A DNA stretch of 64,000 nt, taken from the NCBI RefSeq assembly GCF_009914755.1, contig NC_060928.1; one strand, given 5' to 3'. The stretch comes from the human T2T-CHM13v2.0 reference genome, Homo sapiens. Shown here piece by piece: positions 1 to 11,415 of this stretch. The translations under genes were made by a program, and so were the position numbers. The notes beneath the pieces are model-generated. The model ran no database searches, was not told the origin of the DNA, and worked only from the letters and a program-made list of their open reading frames with translations. Each line of letters opens with the position of its first letter. The first letter of the stretch is position 1.

Positions 1-549
1 AGGAGACCACTCCTCATATTGTCTTATGACCAATTTCTGCCTCAAAGAAAAAGTAGGAGTTAAAGAAAAGACAGAAGTGAAATCGGTAGTCAGATAGCCC
101 GGTGCTGCATTCCAGGCCTGGTAGTTAAAGACTGACCCCTGACCTAACTGGTTATGTTATCTATAGATTCCAGACATTGTATGGAAAAGCACTGTGAAAA
201 TCCCTGTCCTGTTCTGTTCTGTTCTGATTACTTGCAGTGAATGCAGCCCCCAGTCACGTACCCGTGGCTTGTGAAAAGCACTGTGAAAATCCCTGTCCTG
301 TTCTGTTCCATTCTGATTACCTGCAGTGCATGCAGCCCTCAGTCACATACCCATGGCCTGCTCAATTGATCACGACCCTCTCACATGGACCCCCTTAGAG
401 TTGTAAGCCCTTAAAAGGGACAGGAATTGCTCACTCGGGGAGCTCGGTTTTTGGAGATGAGAGTCCACCGATGCTCCCAGCTGAATAAAGCCCTTTCCTT
501 CCACAACTCGGTGTCTGAGGGGTTCTTGTCTGTGGCTCGTCCTGCTACA
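1..549 (+). mobile_element. 5' LTR of HERV-E/Harlequin provirus (LTR2 family); first ~6 nt lie outside the window
   Basis: Direct repeat of 7337-7786; contains AATAAA and ends in CA; immediately followed by a tRNA-Glu PBS; start matches LTR2-type GGAGGAGACCACCCCTCATATTGTCTTATG. Confidence 0.92.
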
Positions 550-554
550 TTTCT

Positions 555-572
555 TGGTTCCCTGACCAGGAA
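555..572 (+). other. Retroviral primer-binding site complementary to tRNA-Glu
   Basis: TGGTTCCCTGACCAGGAA, 17/18 match to the complement of the tRNA-Glu 3' end (TGGTTCCCTGACCGGGAA), 5 nt after the LTR. Confidence 0.9.
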
Positions 573-1115
573 GTGAGGTGATTAGTGGGAGGCCGAGTCA
601 GCCCATTACGCAGCTTAGGCATACCCTGTGGAGCATCCCTGTGGGGGACTCCGGCCAGCTTGAGTGATGCAGATCCTGAGAGCGCTCCCCAGATCCTGAG
701 AGTTCTCCCAGGTAGGCATTTGCCCTGGTGGAATGCCTCATCAGAGCGGTGCATGGCAGGCCCCCGCGGAGGATCAACACAGTGGCTGAACACCGAAAGG
801 AACTGGTACTTGGAGTCTGGACATCTGAAACTTGGTAAGACTGGTCTTTGGAACTTGCTCACTCCATTTGAGTGGAAGTGTAGCCTGATCACCCATGACG
901 TGCCTGTACCGGCACTTTGGTTTTTGTTTTTGACTTGACTTGGATTGCTTGATACTTTGGTTTTGGTTTTGACCTGGCTTGGATTTCTTGATACTCTGTT
1001 TTGATTTTGATTCTGGTTTGGTGTAAACTGTAAAAGTGTGTGTGTGCCCTTTTTACCCATTCTTTGTTTTGTGGCGTGTGTGTGGTGTGAGCGTGGTGTT
1101 TTGTCTCAAGGAAAC

Positions 1116-1390
1116 ATAGGTCAGGCACAAAGTAAGCCCACCCCACTAGGAACTATATTGAAAAATTTCAAAAAGGGATTTAGGGGAGACTATGAAGTTA
1201 CTATAACACCAGGAAAACTTAGAACTTTGAAATAGACTGGCCAGGATTAGAAGTAGGTTGGCCATCAGAAGGAAACCTGGACAGGTCCCTTGTTTCAAAG
1301 GTGTGGCACAAGGTAATCTGTAAGTCAGGGCACCCGGATCAGTTCCCATATATAGATTCCTGGTTACAGCTGGTTTTAGACACCCCCCTC
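1116..1390 (+). pseudogene. gag matrix remnant (HERV-E-like), start codon mutated to ATA, frameshifted
   Basis: (I)GQAQSKPTPLGTILKNFKKGF... and WHKVICKSGHPDQFPYIDSWLQLV, the gammaretroviral MA motif GHPDQxPYI. Confidence 0.8.
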
Positions 1391-1789
1391 CCACCACAGT
1401 GGTTGAGAGAACAGCAGCATAAGCGGCTGGCAGAGGCAAGGAAAGACCAGCAGAGAGACAGAGAGGAAAGACACAGAGAGGAAAAGAGGCAAAGACAGAG
1501 AGGAAGAGACAGAGACAAAGAGGGAGTCAAGGAGAGAGAGAGAAAGAGAGAGGCAGAGAGAGGGGAAGAAACAGACGCAAAAGGAAAGTCAAAGAGAGAG
1601 AGAGAGAGACAGAAAGTCAGAGAAAGAAAGACAGAAAGAGAGAGATATACAAGTAGTTAAGAAAAAAACAGTGTACCCTATTCCTTTAAAAGCCAAGGTA
1701 AATTTAAAACCTATAATTGATAATTAAGGGTATTCTCCGTAACCCTATAACACTCCAATACCACATTGTTGTCAGTGTAAACAAGGGCG

Positions 1790-1980
1790 TATCCCGAAAG
1801 CACTGAGGCCACTAATAACGCATAGCCTTCCTATCAAAAATCCTTAATCCAGTGACCCACGGATGGCCCAAATGCATTCAATCTGTAGCAGCAACTGCTT
1901 TGCTAACAGAAGAAAGTAGAAAAATAACTTTTAGAGGAAACCTCATTGTGAGCACACCTCAACAGTTCAGAAGTATCCTT
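1790..1980 (+). pseudogene. pol RT-connection/tether fragment (HERV-I-like)
   Basis: GWPKCIQSVAATALLTEESRKITFRGNLIVSTP resembles the gammaretroviral GWPxCLRAVAATALL motif. Confidence 0.7.
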
Positions 1981-3149
1981 AAAAAAAAAAAAAAAAAAAC
2001 AAACAAACCAAAACCACACAGCTATCTATACCAATTCTAAGTTAATTTGGACTAAACAAGATCTTATTAATAGCAAAGGATAATTGAAATCCCAAACTTA
2101 TAAGGTTTTCAACAAAAGTAGAGTTAGCTAAAAGTTAACAGTGTAACATGTATTATAGTAACTTCTAATCTGTGGCCTTAGACAGTGTAGTCCACAGACA
2201 TAAAGGAAGTTTGCTTTGGAAAAGAATGGTTATCATCTTTCAAAAAAAGGGAAAAAAAGGCGGAGCAGAATTTATGTAAAAAGAATGTTATATGGTAAAT
2301 TCTTGTCCTGAAATAAATTAACTAGTTGTTTAAAGAAATGTTTGTAATAAGTCAGAAAGTTGAGGCATGTCAAAGAATTGTCTGCGAAAGTTGTGAAAGA
2401 GAAAAAAAGTTATAAAAAAATTTATGCAAGAAATATTGTATAATTTAAAAGTAATTAGGCCTCCTGAATGTAAAACTATTAAAAAAAAACAGTTTATGTG
2501 CAAGGTATATAAGAAAAGTAAAATATACCTTTGGTAAAGGGATTATAAGGAGGCATAAGAATGTGGAGTTTTACCTACATTAAAAGGTTAAAAAAATTGT
2601 TTTGAAGGTTTAAGCAAGTTTTAAAACATTAATTGTAAAGGAAATTCTGTGTGTAAACATATTGGCTAAAGTCAAAGAGGTATCATCCAGTTTTTCTGTG
2701 ATCTGAACATTAAAATAAAAACACAATGGGTTTTTCTTAAAGCATTAACCTGCTCTTTAACAAAAATTATAAAAGGTTAAAAAGAGTCTATAGAAATCTT
2801 ACCTTATGGTGAAACATTAAAAACTGAATAAATATGTCTACAAAGTTTTATTAAAACTAAGTTTAACATTAATAACACACTAATATAAAAATGAAATTTA
2901 GCTTATCTGGTATAAAAATCATACAGGAAGCATTGTCAAATATAAAATGGTGTTTGGCTTTCTTTGGTCTAAAAACTAATAAAAATAGGTGCTAAAGGAA
3001 ATTTCTCAGTAGAAAGGCATGAAGGACTACAAAGTCTACTGCTGATGTCCCACATTTAAAACAAAAGGTCAATTTCTTAAAAATTATATACTTGGTTTAT
3101 CTTCCATTTTCCTTTCCCTCAAAACTAAAAGCCTTTCAGCACATGTACC

Positions 3150-3396
3150 ACCCCTAGAATTTCCGGTAAACCAGCACCAGCCTGAAGATCATGTTCTCAT
3201 CAAAGGGTGAAAAGAAGGGAAACTCGAGCCAGCCTGGGAAGGACCCTACCTTGTGCTGCTAACCACCGAGGCTGCTGTTCGGACAGCAAAAAAGGGTTGG
3301 ACTCATCACACCCAAGTCAAGAAAGTGGCACCCCCTCCAGAGTTGTGGGCCATAGTCCCAGGGGAAAACCCTACCAAACTAAAGCTAAGAAAAATG
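3150..3396 (+). pseudogene. Integrase C-terminal remnant (HERV-I-like)
   Basis: Frameshifted EPAWEGPYLVLLTTEAAVRTAKKGWTHHTQVKK, the GPY/F module of retroviral integrase. Confidence 0.75.
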
Positions 3397-4585
3397 AAAC
3401 TCTTCAATCTATTCTATTACTCTTTCTTCTTTCCTTGCTCTATTGCTGACCATCTAGTTCTTAACATAACCAAGTCAATTTTGCTTCAAACCATTGCATT
3501 TAATGCTTGCCTTGTTATACACTGTGGGCATTCACCAAGTCAAAGACAGCTCTCTACTTCAGAAAATTACCTATGTCCCTCCTGACTCCCCTCAGCTGGG
3601 CTTTAGTAAATTAGGACCATTTAATCCAGGGAGATTTCGATAAAGACCCCAGTGTCAACTGGGAGTCCTGCCCCCCAATGTAGAGCTTTTATGCCATAGT
3701 TGGCCCAACGTTCTGTGGACCACTAAAGAGCAAGGATAGACTGCCCCAACCATTTTTTGTAATTTCCTAAAATCATACATTCATTTTACTAGAGGATCAT
3801 AGAAGTTAAAGACTTAAAACAAACTTTGGCAATTAAGACAGGATACCAAGATGTGAATGCCTGGTTGGAATGGATCAAATATTCCGTCTGCACATTAAAC
3901 AAAAGCAATTGTTATGCTTGTGCACGTGGCAGGCCAGAGGCCCAGACTGTCCCCTTTCCACTAAGGTGGTCCTCCAATCAACCAGGTGTGGGCTGCATGG
4001 TAGCTCTTTTCCAGGATTCTACAGCCTGGAGTAATAAGTCATGCCAAGCTCTCTCTGCTATATCCCGAAGTCTGGCACCCTGTGGGTCAGCCCCTGAGGA
4101 CCATCCAGCTTCCATCTCCCAACACTAAGTTCAGTTTGTGTGTCTCGTGACAAGGAGGAAACTTAGCATTCCTTAGAGACCTAAAGGGATGTAGTGAGCT
4201 TAAAAATTTTCAAGAGCTTATCAATCAGTTAGCCCTTGTTCATCCCTGAGGGGATGTGTGGTGGTATTGTGGTGGACCTTTACTGGGCACTCTGCCAAAT
4301 AACTGGAGTGGCACTTGTGCTTTAGTCCAATTGGCTATCCCTTTCACCCTGGCATTTCATCAACCAGAGGGAGGAAAAATAAGACATCATAAAGTGAGAG
4401 AAGCCCCTTATGGGTCTTTCGACTCTCACGTCTATTTAGATGCAATTGGAGTCCATGGGGAATACCAGATCAATTTAAAGCCTGAAATCAAATAGCTGCA
4501 GGATTTGAGTCAATATTTTGGTGGGTGACAGTTAATAAAAATGTAGATTGAATAAACTATATCTATTACAACAAACAGCAACGAG
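3394..4585 (+). pseudogene. First env remnant (HERV-I-like), multiple stops and frameshifts
   Basis: Signal-like MKLFNLFYYSFFFPCSIA, then NAWLEWIKYSVCTLNKSNCYACA (CxxC) and WWYCGGPLLGTLPNNWSGTCALVQL. Confidence 0.75.
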
Positions 4586-5150
4586 CTTTTCATGAGTTAA
4601 AACAAAAATTCATGTCGGCCCCAGCCCTGGGACTACCTGACCTGACAAAACATTTTACACTGTATGTGTCAGAGAGAAAAAAAAAAGGCAGTTAGAGTTT
4701 TGACCCAGACTGTGGGGCCCTAGCCAAGGCTGGTGGCCTACCCCTCTGAACAACTAGATGGGGTTTCTAAGGATTGGCTCCCGTGTTTGAGGGCCTTGGC
4801 AGCAACAGCTCTGCTAGCACAAGAAGCAGATAAGCTAACTCTTGGGCAAAACCTAAACATAAAGGCCCCTCATACTGTGGTGACTTTAATAAATACCAAA
4901 GGACATCATTGGCTAACGAATGCTAGACTAACTAAATACCAAAGCTTGCTCTGTGAAAATTCCCGCATAACGGTTGAAGTTTACAACACCCTAAACCCCG
5001 CCACCTTGCTCCTGGTATCAGAGAGCCTAGTTAAACATAACTGGGTAGAGGTTTTGGATTCAGTTTATTCTAGCAGGCCCAACCTCTGAGACCATCCTTA
5101 AACATTAGTAGACTGGGAGCTTTATGTGGATGGAAGCAGCTTCGCCAACC
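4586..5150 (+). pseudogene. Second pol remnant (RT connection to RNase H start, HERV-E-like)
   Basis: [12 protein letters not shown]...WLPCLRALAATALLAQEADKLTLGQ...WLTNARLTKYQ...LYVDGSS. Confidence 0.8.
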
Positions 5151-5355
5151 CCTGCAAAGTGACTCTGAAGAAGACGACAAGCCCTGCTCCAGTCACACCC
5201 GGAAGCTAACTGGTCCCCGCATGGCCAAAGAATGAGGAAAGTCATTGCAGGACTCATTTCCCTTAAAATTTGGACTTGTACAGTAAGGACTTCAAATGAC
5301 CTTCCTCAGACTGAGGACTATTCCCAGTATATACATCAAGTCACTAAGGTGGGAC

Positions 5356-6441
5356 TATCAGGGGAACTAGCCCCCAATATTTCAATGTAGTTCTTTCCTA
5401 TTTTCCCTAAATGTCGGCTGGTCTGAGAAATAAAAAGAAAGAGCACAAGAGAGAAATTTTACAGCTGGGCCACTGGGGGAGACATCACATATCGGCAGGT
5501 TCTGTGATGCCCCCTGAGCCACAAAACCAGCAAGTTTTTATTATGGATTTCAAAAGGGGAGGGGTGTATGAATAGGGAGTGGGTGACAGAGATCACATGC
5601 TTCAAAGGCAATAAAATATCACAAAGGCAGAGAGGCAGAGTGAGATCACAAGGCCAGGGTGAAACTAGAATTACTGATGAAGGTCCATGTCCTGCTGGGC
5701 ACACATTGTCATTGATAAACATCTTAACAGGAAACAGGGTTTGAGAGCAGACAACCAGTCTGACTAGAATTTCACCAGGCTGGAATTGCTGGAATTTCCC
5801 AATCCTAACAAGCCTGGGGGCGCTGCAGGAGACCAGGGCATATTTCATCCCTTATCTACAACTGCATAAGACAGACACTCCCAGAGTTGCCATTTTAGAG
5901 ACCTCCCCCTGGGAATGCACTCGTTTTCCCAGGGTTATTCCTTGCTGAGAAAAGAATTCAGTGATATTTCTCCTATTCGCTTTCTGAAAGAAGAGAAATA
6001 TGACTCTGTTCTGCTTGGCCCTGCAGGCAGGCAGACTTTATGGTTATCTCCCTTGTTCTCTGAAAATCGCTGTTATCCTGTTTTTTTCAAGGTGCCCAGA
6101 TTTCATATTGTTCAAACACACATGCTTTACAAGCAATTTGTACAGTTAACGCAATCATCACAGTGTCCTGAGGCGACATACATCCTCAGCCTATGAAGAT
6201 GACGGGATAAAGAGATTAAAGACAGGCATAGGAAATTATAAGAGTATTGATTGGGGAAGTGATAAATGTCCATGAAATCTTCACAATTTATGTTCAGAGA
6301 CTGCAGTAAAGACAGGTGTAAGAAATTATAAAAGTATTAATTTGGGGAACTAATAAATGTCCGTGAAATTTTCACAATTTATGTTCTTTTGCCATGGCTT
6401 CAGCCAGTCCCTCCATTTGGGGTCCCTGACTTCCCACAACA
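5356..6441 (-). mobile_element. MER11 (HERV-K11/HML-8) solo LTR inserted antisense in the provirus env
   Basis: Minus strand starts TGTTGTGGGAAGTCAGGGACCCC and ends GTTCCCCTGATA; 1086 bp; internal CATAAATTGTGAA repeat; flanked by 6-bp TSD TGGGAC/TAGGAC. Confidence 0.9.
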
Positions 6442-6447
6442 TAGGAC

Positions 6448-7310
6448 AAAAGGTTGCTACAGTCCTATTATTTTATGGTTACCATAAGTGTACAGGGACT
6501 CTAAAAGGAACTTGTTTGTATAATGCTGTTCTATACAAGGTATGTAGCCCAGGAAGTGACCAGCCTGATGTGTGCTATAACCCGTCCTTTTTCCTACTGC
6601 CCATAAAAACAGGCAAACTTCTAGGCTTCCCAGTCTATGCTTCCCGAGAAAATAGAAGCATAGATATAGGCGACTGGAAAGATGATAAGTGGCCCCCTGA
6701 AAGAATCATACAGTAGTATGAGCCTGCTACTTAGGCACAAGATGGCTCGTGGGGATACCGGACCCCAATTTGCATGCTCAACTGAATCATATGGTTACAA
6801 ACTGTCTTAGAAATAATCACTAATAAAACTGGCAGAGCCTTGACTATTCTGGCCCAGCAAGAAACTCAGATGAGAAATACTATCTATCAAAATAGATGGG
6901 CTCTCAACTACTTGCTAGCAGCTGAAGGAGGGGTCTGTAGGAAATTTAACCTTATTAATTGCTGTCTACACATAGATGATCAAGGGCAAGTAGTTTAAGA
7001 CATAGTTAGAAATGACAAAACTGGCACATGTGCCTGTGCAAGTGTGGCATAGATTTAATCCTGGGGCCATGTTTGGAAAATGGTTCCCAGTGCTAGGAAG
7101 ATTTAAAACTCTTATAATAGGAGTTATAATAGTAATAGGAACCTGCTTACTGTTCCTTTGTTTGCTACCTGTACTTCAAATGATAAAAAGCTTCATTGCT
7201 ACCTTAGTTCACCAAAATGCTTCAGCACAAATGTGCTATATGAATCATGACCTGTCTTGCAAGAAGACATGGGTAGTGAGGATGGAAGTGAGAACTCCCA
7301 CTAATGAGTG
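6448..7310 (+). pseudogene. Second env remnant (HERV-E-like SU part plus TM)
   Basis: [27 protein letters not shown] (immunosuppressive domain plus CX7CC-like loop) and a hydrophobic TM LIIGVIIVIGTCLLFLCLL; in-frame stops. Confidence 0.82.
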
Positions 7311-7330
7311 AGGTTCTCAATGTGGGGGAA

Positions 7331-7786
7331 TAAGGGAGGAGACCACCCCTCATATTGTCTTATGACCAATTTCTGCCTCAAAGAAAAAGTAGGAGTTAAA
7401 GAAAAGAAAGAAGCAAAATCAGTAAGACAGCCCGGCACTGCATTCCAGGTCTGGTAGTTAAAGATTAACCCCTGATCTAACCAGTTATGTTATATCTATA
7501 GATTCCAGACATTGTATGGAAAAGCACTGTGAAAATCCCAGTCCTTTTCTGTTCCATTCTGATTACCAGTGCATGCAGCCCCCAGTCACATACTCTTACT
7601 GCTTGCTCAGTCGATCACGACCCTCTCACACAGACCCCCTTAGAGTTGTAAGCCCTTAAAAGGGACAGAAATTGCTCACTTGGGGAGCTCGGTTTTTGAG
7701 TCCGCCGATGCTCCCAGCTGAATAAAGCCCTTTGCTTCCACAACTTGGTGTCTGAGGGGTTCTTGTCTGCAGCTCATCCTGCTACA
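7331..7786 (+). mobile_element. 3' LTR of the provirus (LTR2 family)
   Basis: Starts TAAGGGAGGAGACC after the purine tract, ends GCTACA; direct repeat of 1-549. Confidence 0.92.
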
Positions 7787-9016
7787 GAACTTCCTGCATT
7801 TTCATTAAAAACTTTATTATTTGGGAACAATACTATGCAGCCACTAAAATCATGCTTTCAAAGTATTTAAAAGCATATGCAAATATTGGTCTTCTTACAC
7901 TAAACATCATGATGTGGTTTTCTTGGATCTTGTGTGGATACTGTAAAAGAAAAATTTTAGGAATAAGCCAGTGTTCATAGCATGTCAAATGCTCTCTTGA
8001 ATGGAGTAATTACAGGCAGCCCAAATGTGCTCTCAGCCACTAGTGGTGGTAGAACAAATGCAAAGCTGGTACTCAAAGTGACTCAGGAGTATGGCAATTT
8101 TTCTGTACGTGCTTTTCTAACAGTGCCTAGGAATGATGGTTTTTGCCTAAAAACAGGAAAGTTGGGTCGTCTTTATTGGAGCTTTCTTGCCATAGTCAAA
8201 TAGAAAATAATCAGTGATGAGTATCATCTAACAAATTGATGGCTGACCTTAATGGAACATACTCAAAAGCTATCTTTTAAGCATTTGCTACTTTAATTAG
8301 AACAATTCATTCAGTATCACTGTTACAATATTCCATGACTCTTATTTTCAATATACTCAAAGCAACTTGAAAGTTTTATAAATTCTTTACTACAGTATTA
8401 CCCGCTTATTCTGACACATAAAAGCTCTGTAGTTACACACTGTTAACATGTTAATGGCACATCTTACTAGCAACTTGCTGCACTTCTGTTATCAATAGAG
8501 GTTATGTGAAATACTTGGATAAGGACAGCCTGATTCTGTAGAAAATATCTGTTTTCTATAGAACAAAATATCTCCCAGTGGTAATTCAGCAAATTAGGTT
8601 CAAGAATGTGGGTAAAGGTAGGTGTAATGTTGGATTCTGAAGATCTACCTGCAGAAACAGATCTACCTACAGAAAGGCACGTAGAATTACTGTTAGGAAA
8701 CCTAAGCAGCCTTAGCACCATGGTCAAGGTTTTAAAAACCTGATCTGTAACTGTTATGGGTTCATTTCCTAATGCAGAGAAACTGGCTAGTACACACAGT
8801 GTAGATTTAATGTGGGAAATATGACAACTTGGAAATGCTACCCAAAGATAAAAATCTAAAGACTATCAAAATTTGCTGTTTTCTAAAATCATACATTAGA
8901 ATTTTGTGAAGTCTTCTGAATGACACAAAACCAGATGAAGGGAATCAGACCAAAATTACCTGAGTAAGGCCATTTCAAGTGCCTAACAAAGATGGTCAAT
9001 ATTAACTTGAAAAACC

Positions 9017-9185
9017 AGTGTTTCCTAAGTGTTCCTGATCAGAATTACCTGAGGTATTCCTTACAAATAAATTCTGAGGCCCATTCTCTTAAAGATTCTG
9101 GCTTAGCGGGTGGTACGTCTGGATTGAAGGCTAAGAATCTGTACCTTAAGCAATTCTAATTATCAGGCAAGTTTCGAAAATAGGG
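9017..9185. mobile_element. MER5-type hAT-Charlie relic
   Basis: CAGTGTTTCCT terminus and ATCAGAATTACCTG motif. Confidence 0.55.
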
Positions 9186-9464
9186 CTAAGCAGGAGTGTG
9201 TGTGTGTGTGTGTGCATGTGTCTGTCTGTGTGGAGGGGGGAGCGGGGAACAGGAACAAAGGAACAATACCAGCACTGTCTGGTCCCCTCATTCAAATACT
9301 GCCTGAAAAACTACCTGAGAATGAGAAACATTCAACTGAAGTTGAGGAATTATCTACAGAACACTGTTTATTTCAAGTCCAAAACACAAATTACTCATTT
9401 TTCTTAACAGACCGCATAATTTTTTCTGCATGAATATTTAGGGTTTCTCTATTCACAAGTACAG

Positions 9465-9470
9465 TTTATT
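9465..9470 (-). terminator. PGRMC2: Candidate distal poly(A) signal of PGRMC2
   Basis: AATAAA on the minus strand about 1.95 kb after the stop codon, at the end of a repeat-free AU-rich tract. Confidence 0.55.
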
Positions 9471-10245
9471 ACTAGACTTTAGGCTTGAATGATTCATATA
9501 TATAGATATCAGTTTACTACAGAGGACATGTACTTTTAACATTTTTTGTTTAGAAAATATTTTACATAAAAACACAAAGCATTTACCAACACTCCACAAC
9601 CAGTCTTCAGCAAAGATTTGGCTGAAGATAACTTTCTACAAAACACTCCAAGACTGAATAGAATGTAGTATTTTACATACTTTAGCTTATTGTTGCAGTT
9701 AAAAGCTCCCCCTTGTTTGATGGCTTCTGCATGTATCTACAAAGCAGAAGTCTTAACTGGTGACCTGTTAAATAACATTGCCTTTTTAAGTGAACTTGTC
9801 CCCAGCCCGGAACCTAAGTAGTCATAATGAAATAAAGTAATTGATATATGAGGGGCTTTTAGTAAGGGCTTTTTCAACCTAATAAAATAATAATTTAGTA
9901 TCTATCAGTGCAATATTCTTTTACTGTTTTGTGTTCAATAACCACCTGGAGTGCTAATTGTCTAGTATAATCAGTTGGCATCAAAATAGAAAGTAAAAAG
10001 ATGTACATTTAATATACCAATTCTTACCTGAATAATCTTGGATTTCTGGAGAATGTTCCACAAAGTGGAATTTCTTCCTAAAGTTATGCTGAATGTGGTA
10101 CAATGTGTACAACTTGGTTAACCAGTGCCTGCTTTTCATTTCCAAGATTTTTCCTTATCTTGAATCAAATGCACAATCTTACAACTGTATCATAATGCAC
10201 TGGCTTACAGTTCTGTATATAAAGTCCAACTCAAGCTTATTTTGG

Positions 10246-10265
10246 TTTATTGTACATGCTTTATT
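10246..10265 (-). terminator. PGRMC2: Tandem proximal poly(A) signals of PGRMC2
   Basis: Two AATAAA (10265-10260 and 10251-10246) with TGTA motifs between and upstream. Confidence 0.7.
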
Positions 10266-11415
10266 AAAATGGTACTTGTATTTACAGTATCTGCAGAAAG
10301 AGTCCCTTCCAAGGCCTCACACATTCAGACACATCCATACTGACACCCACTCCACAGCCCCATGCACCCACACCAGTGAGATGTGGAGGGTCAGACTCCT
10401 AAAATTAGGCAGCTGTTGGGGATAAGAGTTGATTTGTTTTTCAATTTTTTTGAAAACAGAAAAGCATGGGGGAATGCATTTGGCCATTACAATGCTAATT
10501 GAGTTTGTGTATATTACATATATGGCAGTTAACACTGTAATATTCCTTTTACATTCTATATACACAGAATGATATCAAGGTTTTATGGTCAACAGAATAT
10601 TCCAACTTCAGTCTTAATGCTGCTTGTAGTGATTTCTGAATTCATTATAGGGGCTTTCCCTAAAAATAATTCAAGTCTATGTTAAGTGAAATAAGGCACA
10701 ATTAATATTGATTTGATTTAGGGAAAGGGAAGGAAAGAGAAGGGATAAAAACTGGTTTCAAATGATCTTTCTGTTGGGGAACTAGCTCTGACTTAAACCC
10801 ACCTGAAATTCCTTCTCCTAATTTCCAAAGATTTCTTTATAAAGATATTTTTCTTTTCCCTGACAAAGCCAAAAAGAAAAGTTTGGGAATTCACATTTTA
10901 ATGTTTCAGTAGCCTGAACAACTCAAATTGATGTGTACCCCCACCTCCCCTGATCAGGTCGCCTCCCTCACCCATGTTAAAATAAAAACACAGTATGTGA
11001 CACAGGAGTCCCTTGATGTTTCTTGAGGAGATCTGTACACTTGAGTAGCAAATACATATCTGGTTGTCTTCAATATATTTTAAAAAGAAAGAAAGAGAAA
11101 GAAGAAAGGAAAGAAGGAAAAAAGGAAGGAAAGAAGTAATATTGTGACTTTCTTGCTCTTTAAAAAAATCCCTGTCTCCTTCTTTTCAGGATGATGAAGC
11201 CCCACTAGACATTACAAACAACTGCAACAAATGAGTTTGGCAGCATAAATAATGTCTAGTTATTCAAATCTTCATAGTGAGATTAATTTATCTTGTACAC
11301 AATTTGTTGAATGTTTTTCGCAGCAGGTGAATCAAACCCAAAGACTCCGGACAGTCTGTGAAAGGGAGTAAGAATTGCAGTTCTGAAGGCCCCTGACTTT
11401 GGTTGTTTACAAAGT

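Larger units (their letters stand above)
1..7786 (+). mobile_element. Defective two-LTR gammaretrovirus-like provirus, Harlequin (HERV-E/HERV-I/MER4-group mosaic)
   Basis: Paired LTRs, PBS-Glu, purine tract at 7321-7330, and gag, pol and env remnants in non-canonical order. Confidence 0.88.

Noticed and set aside
913-1021. Three ~39-bp T-rich repeats resembling a CRISPR-like array
   Set aside because: Tandem units without unique spacers, within the retroviral leader of a eukaryotic sequence.
1301-1660. 119-aa ORF with an E/R/K-rich coiled-coil-like tail
   Set aside because: A gag fragment running into an (AG)-rich low-complexity tract of the provirus.
3394-7310. Possible intact or domesticated syncytin-like env
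   Set aside because: Both env remnants have many stops and frameshifts, and one is split by MER11.
7787-7792. Target-site duplication of the provirus
   Set aside because: Cannot be tested because the left flank lies outside the window.
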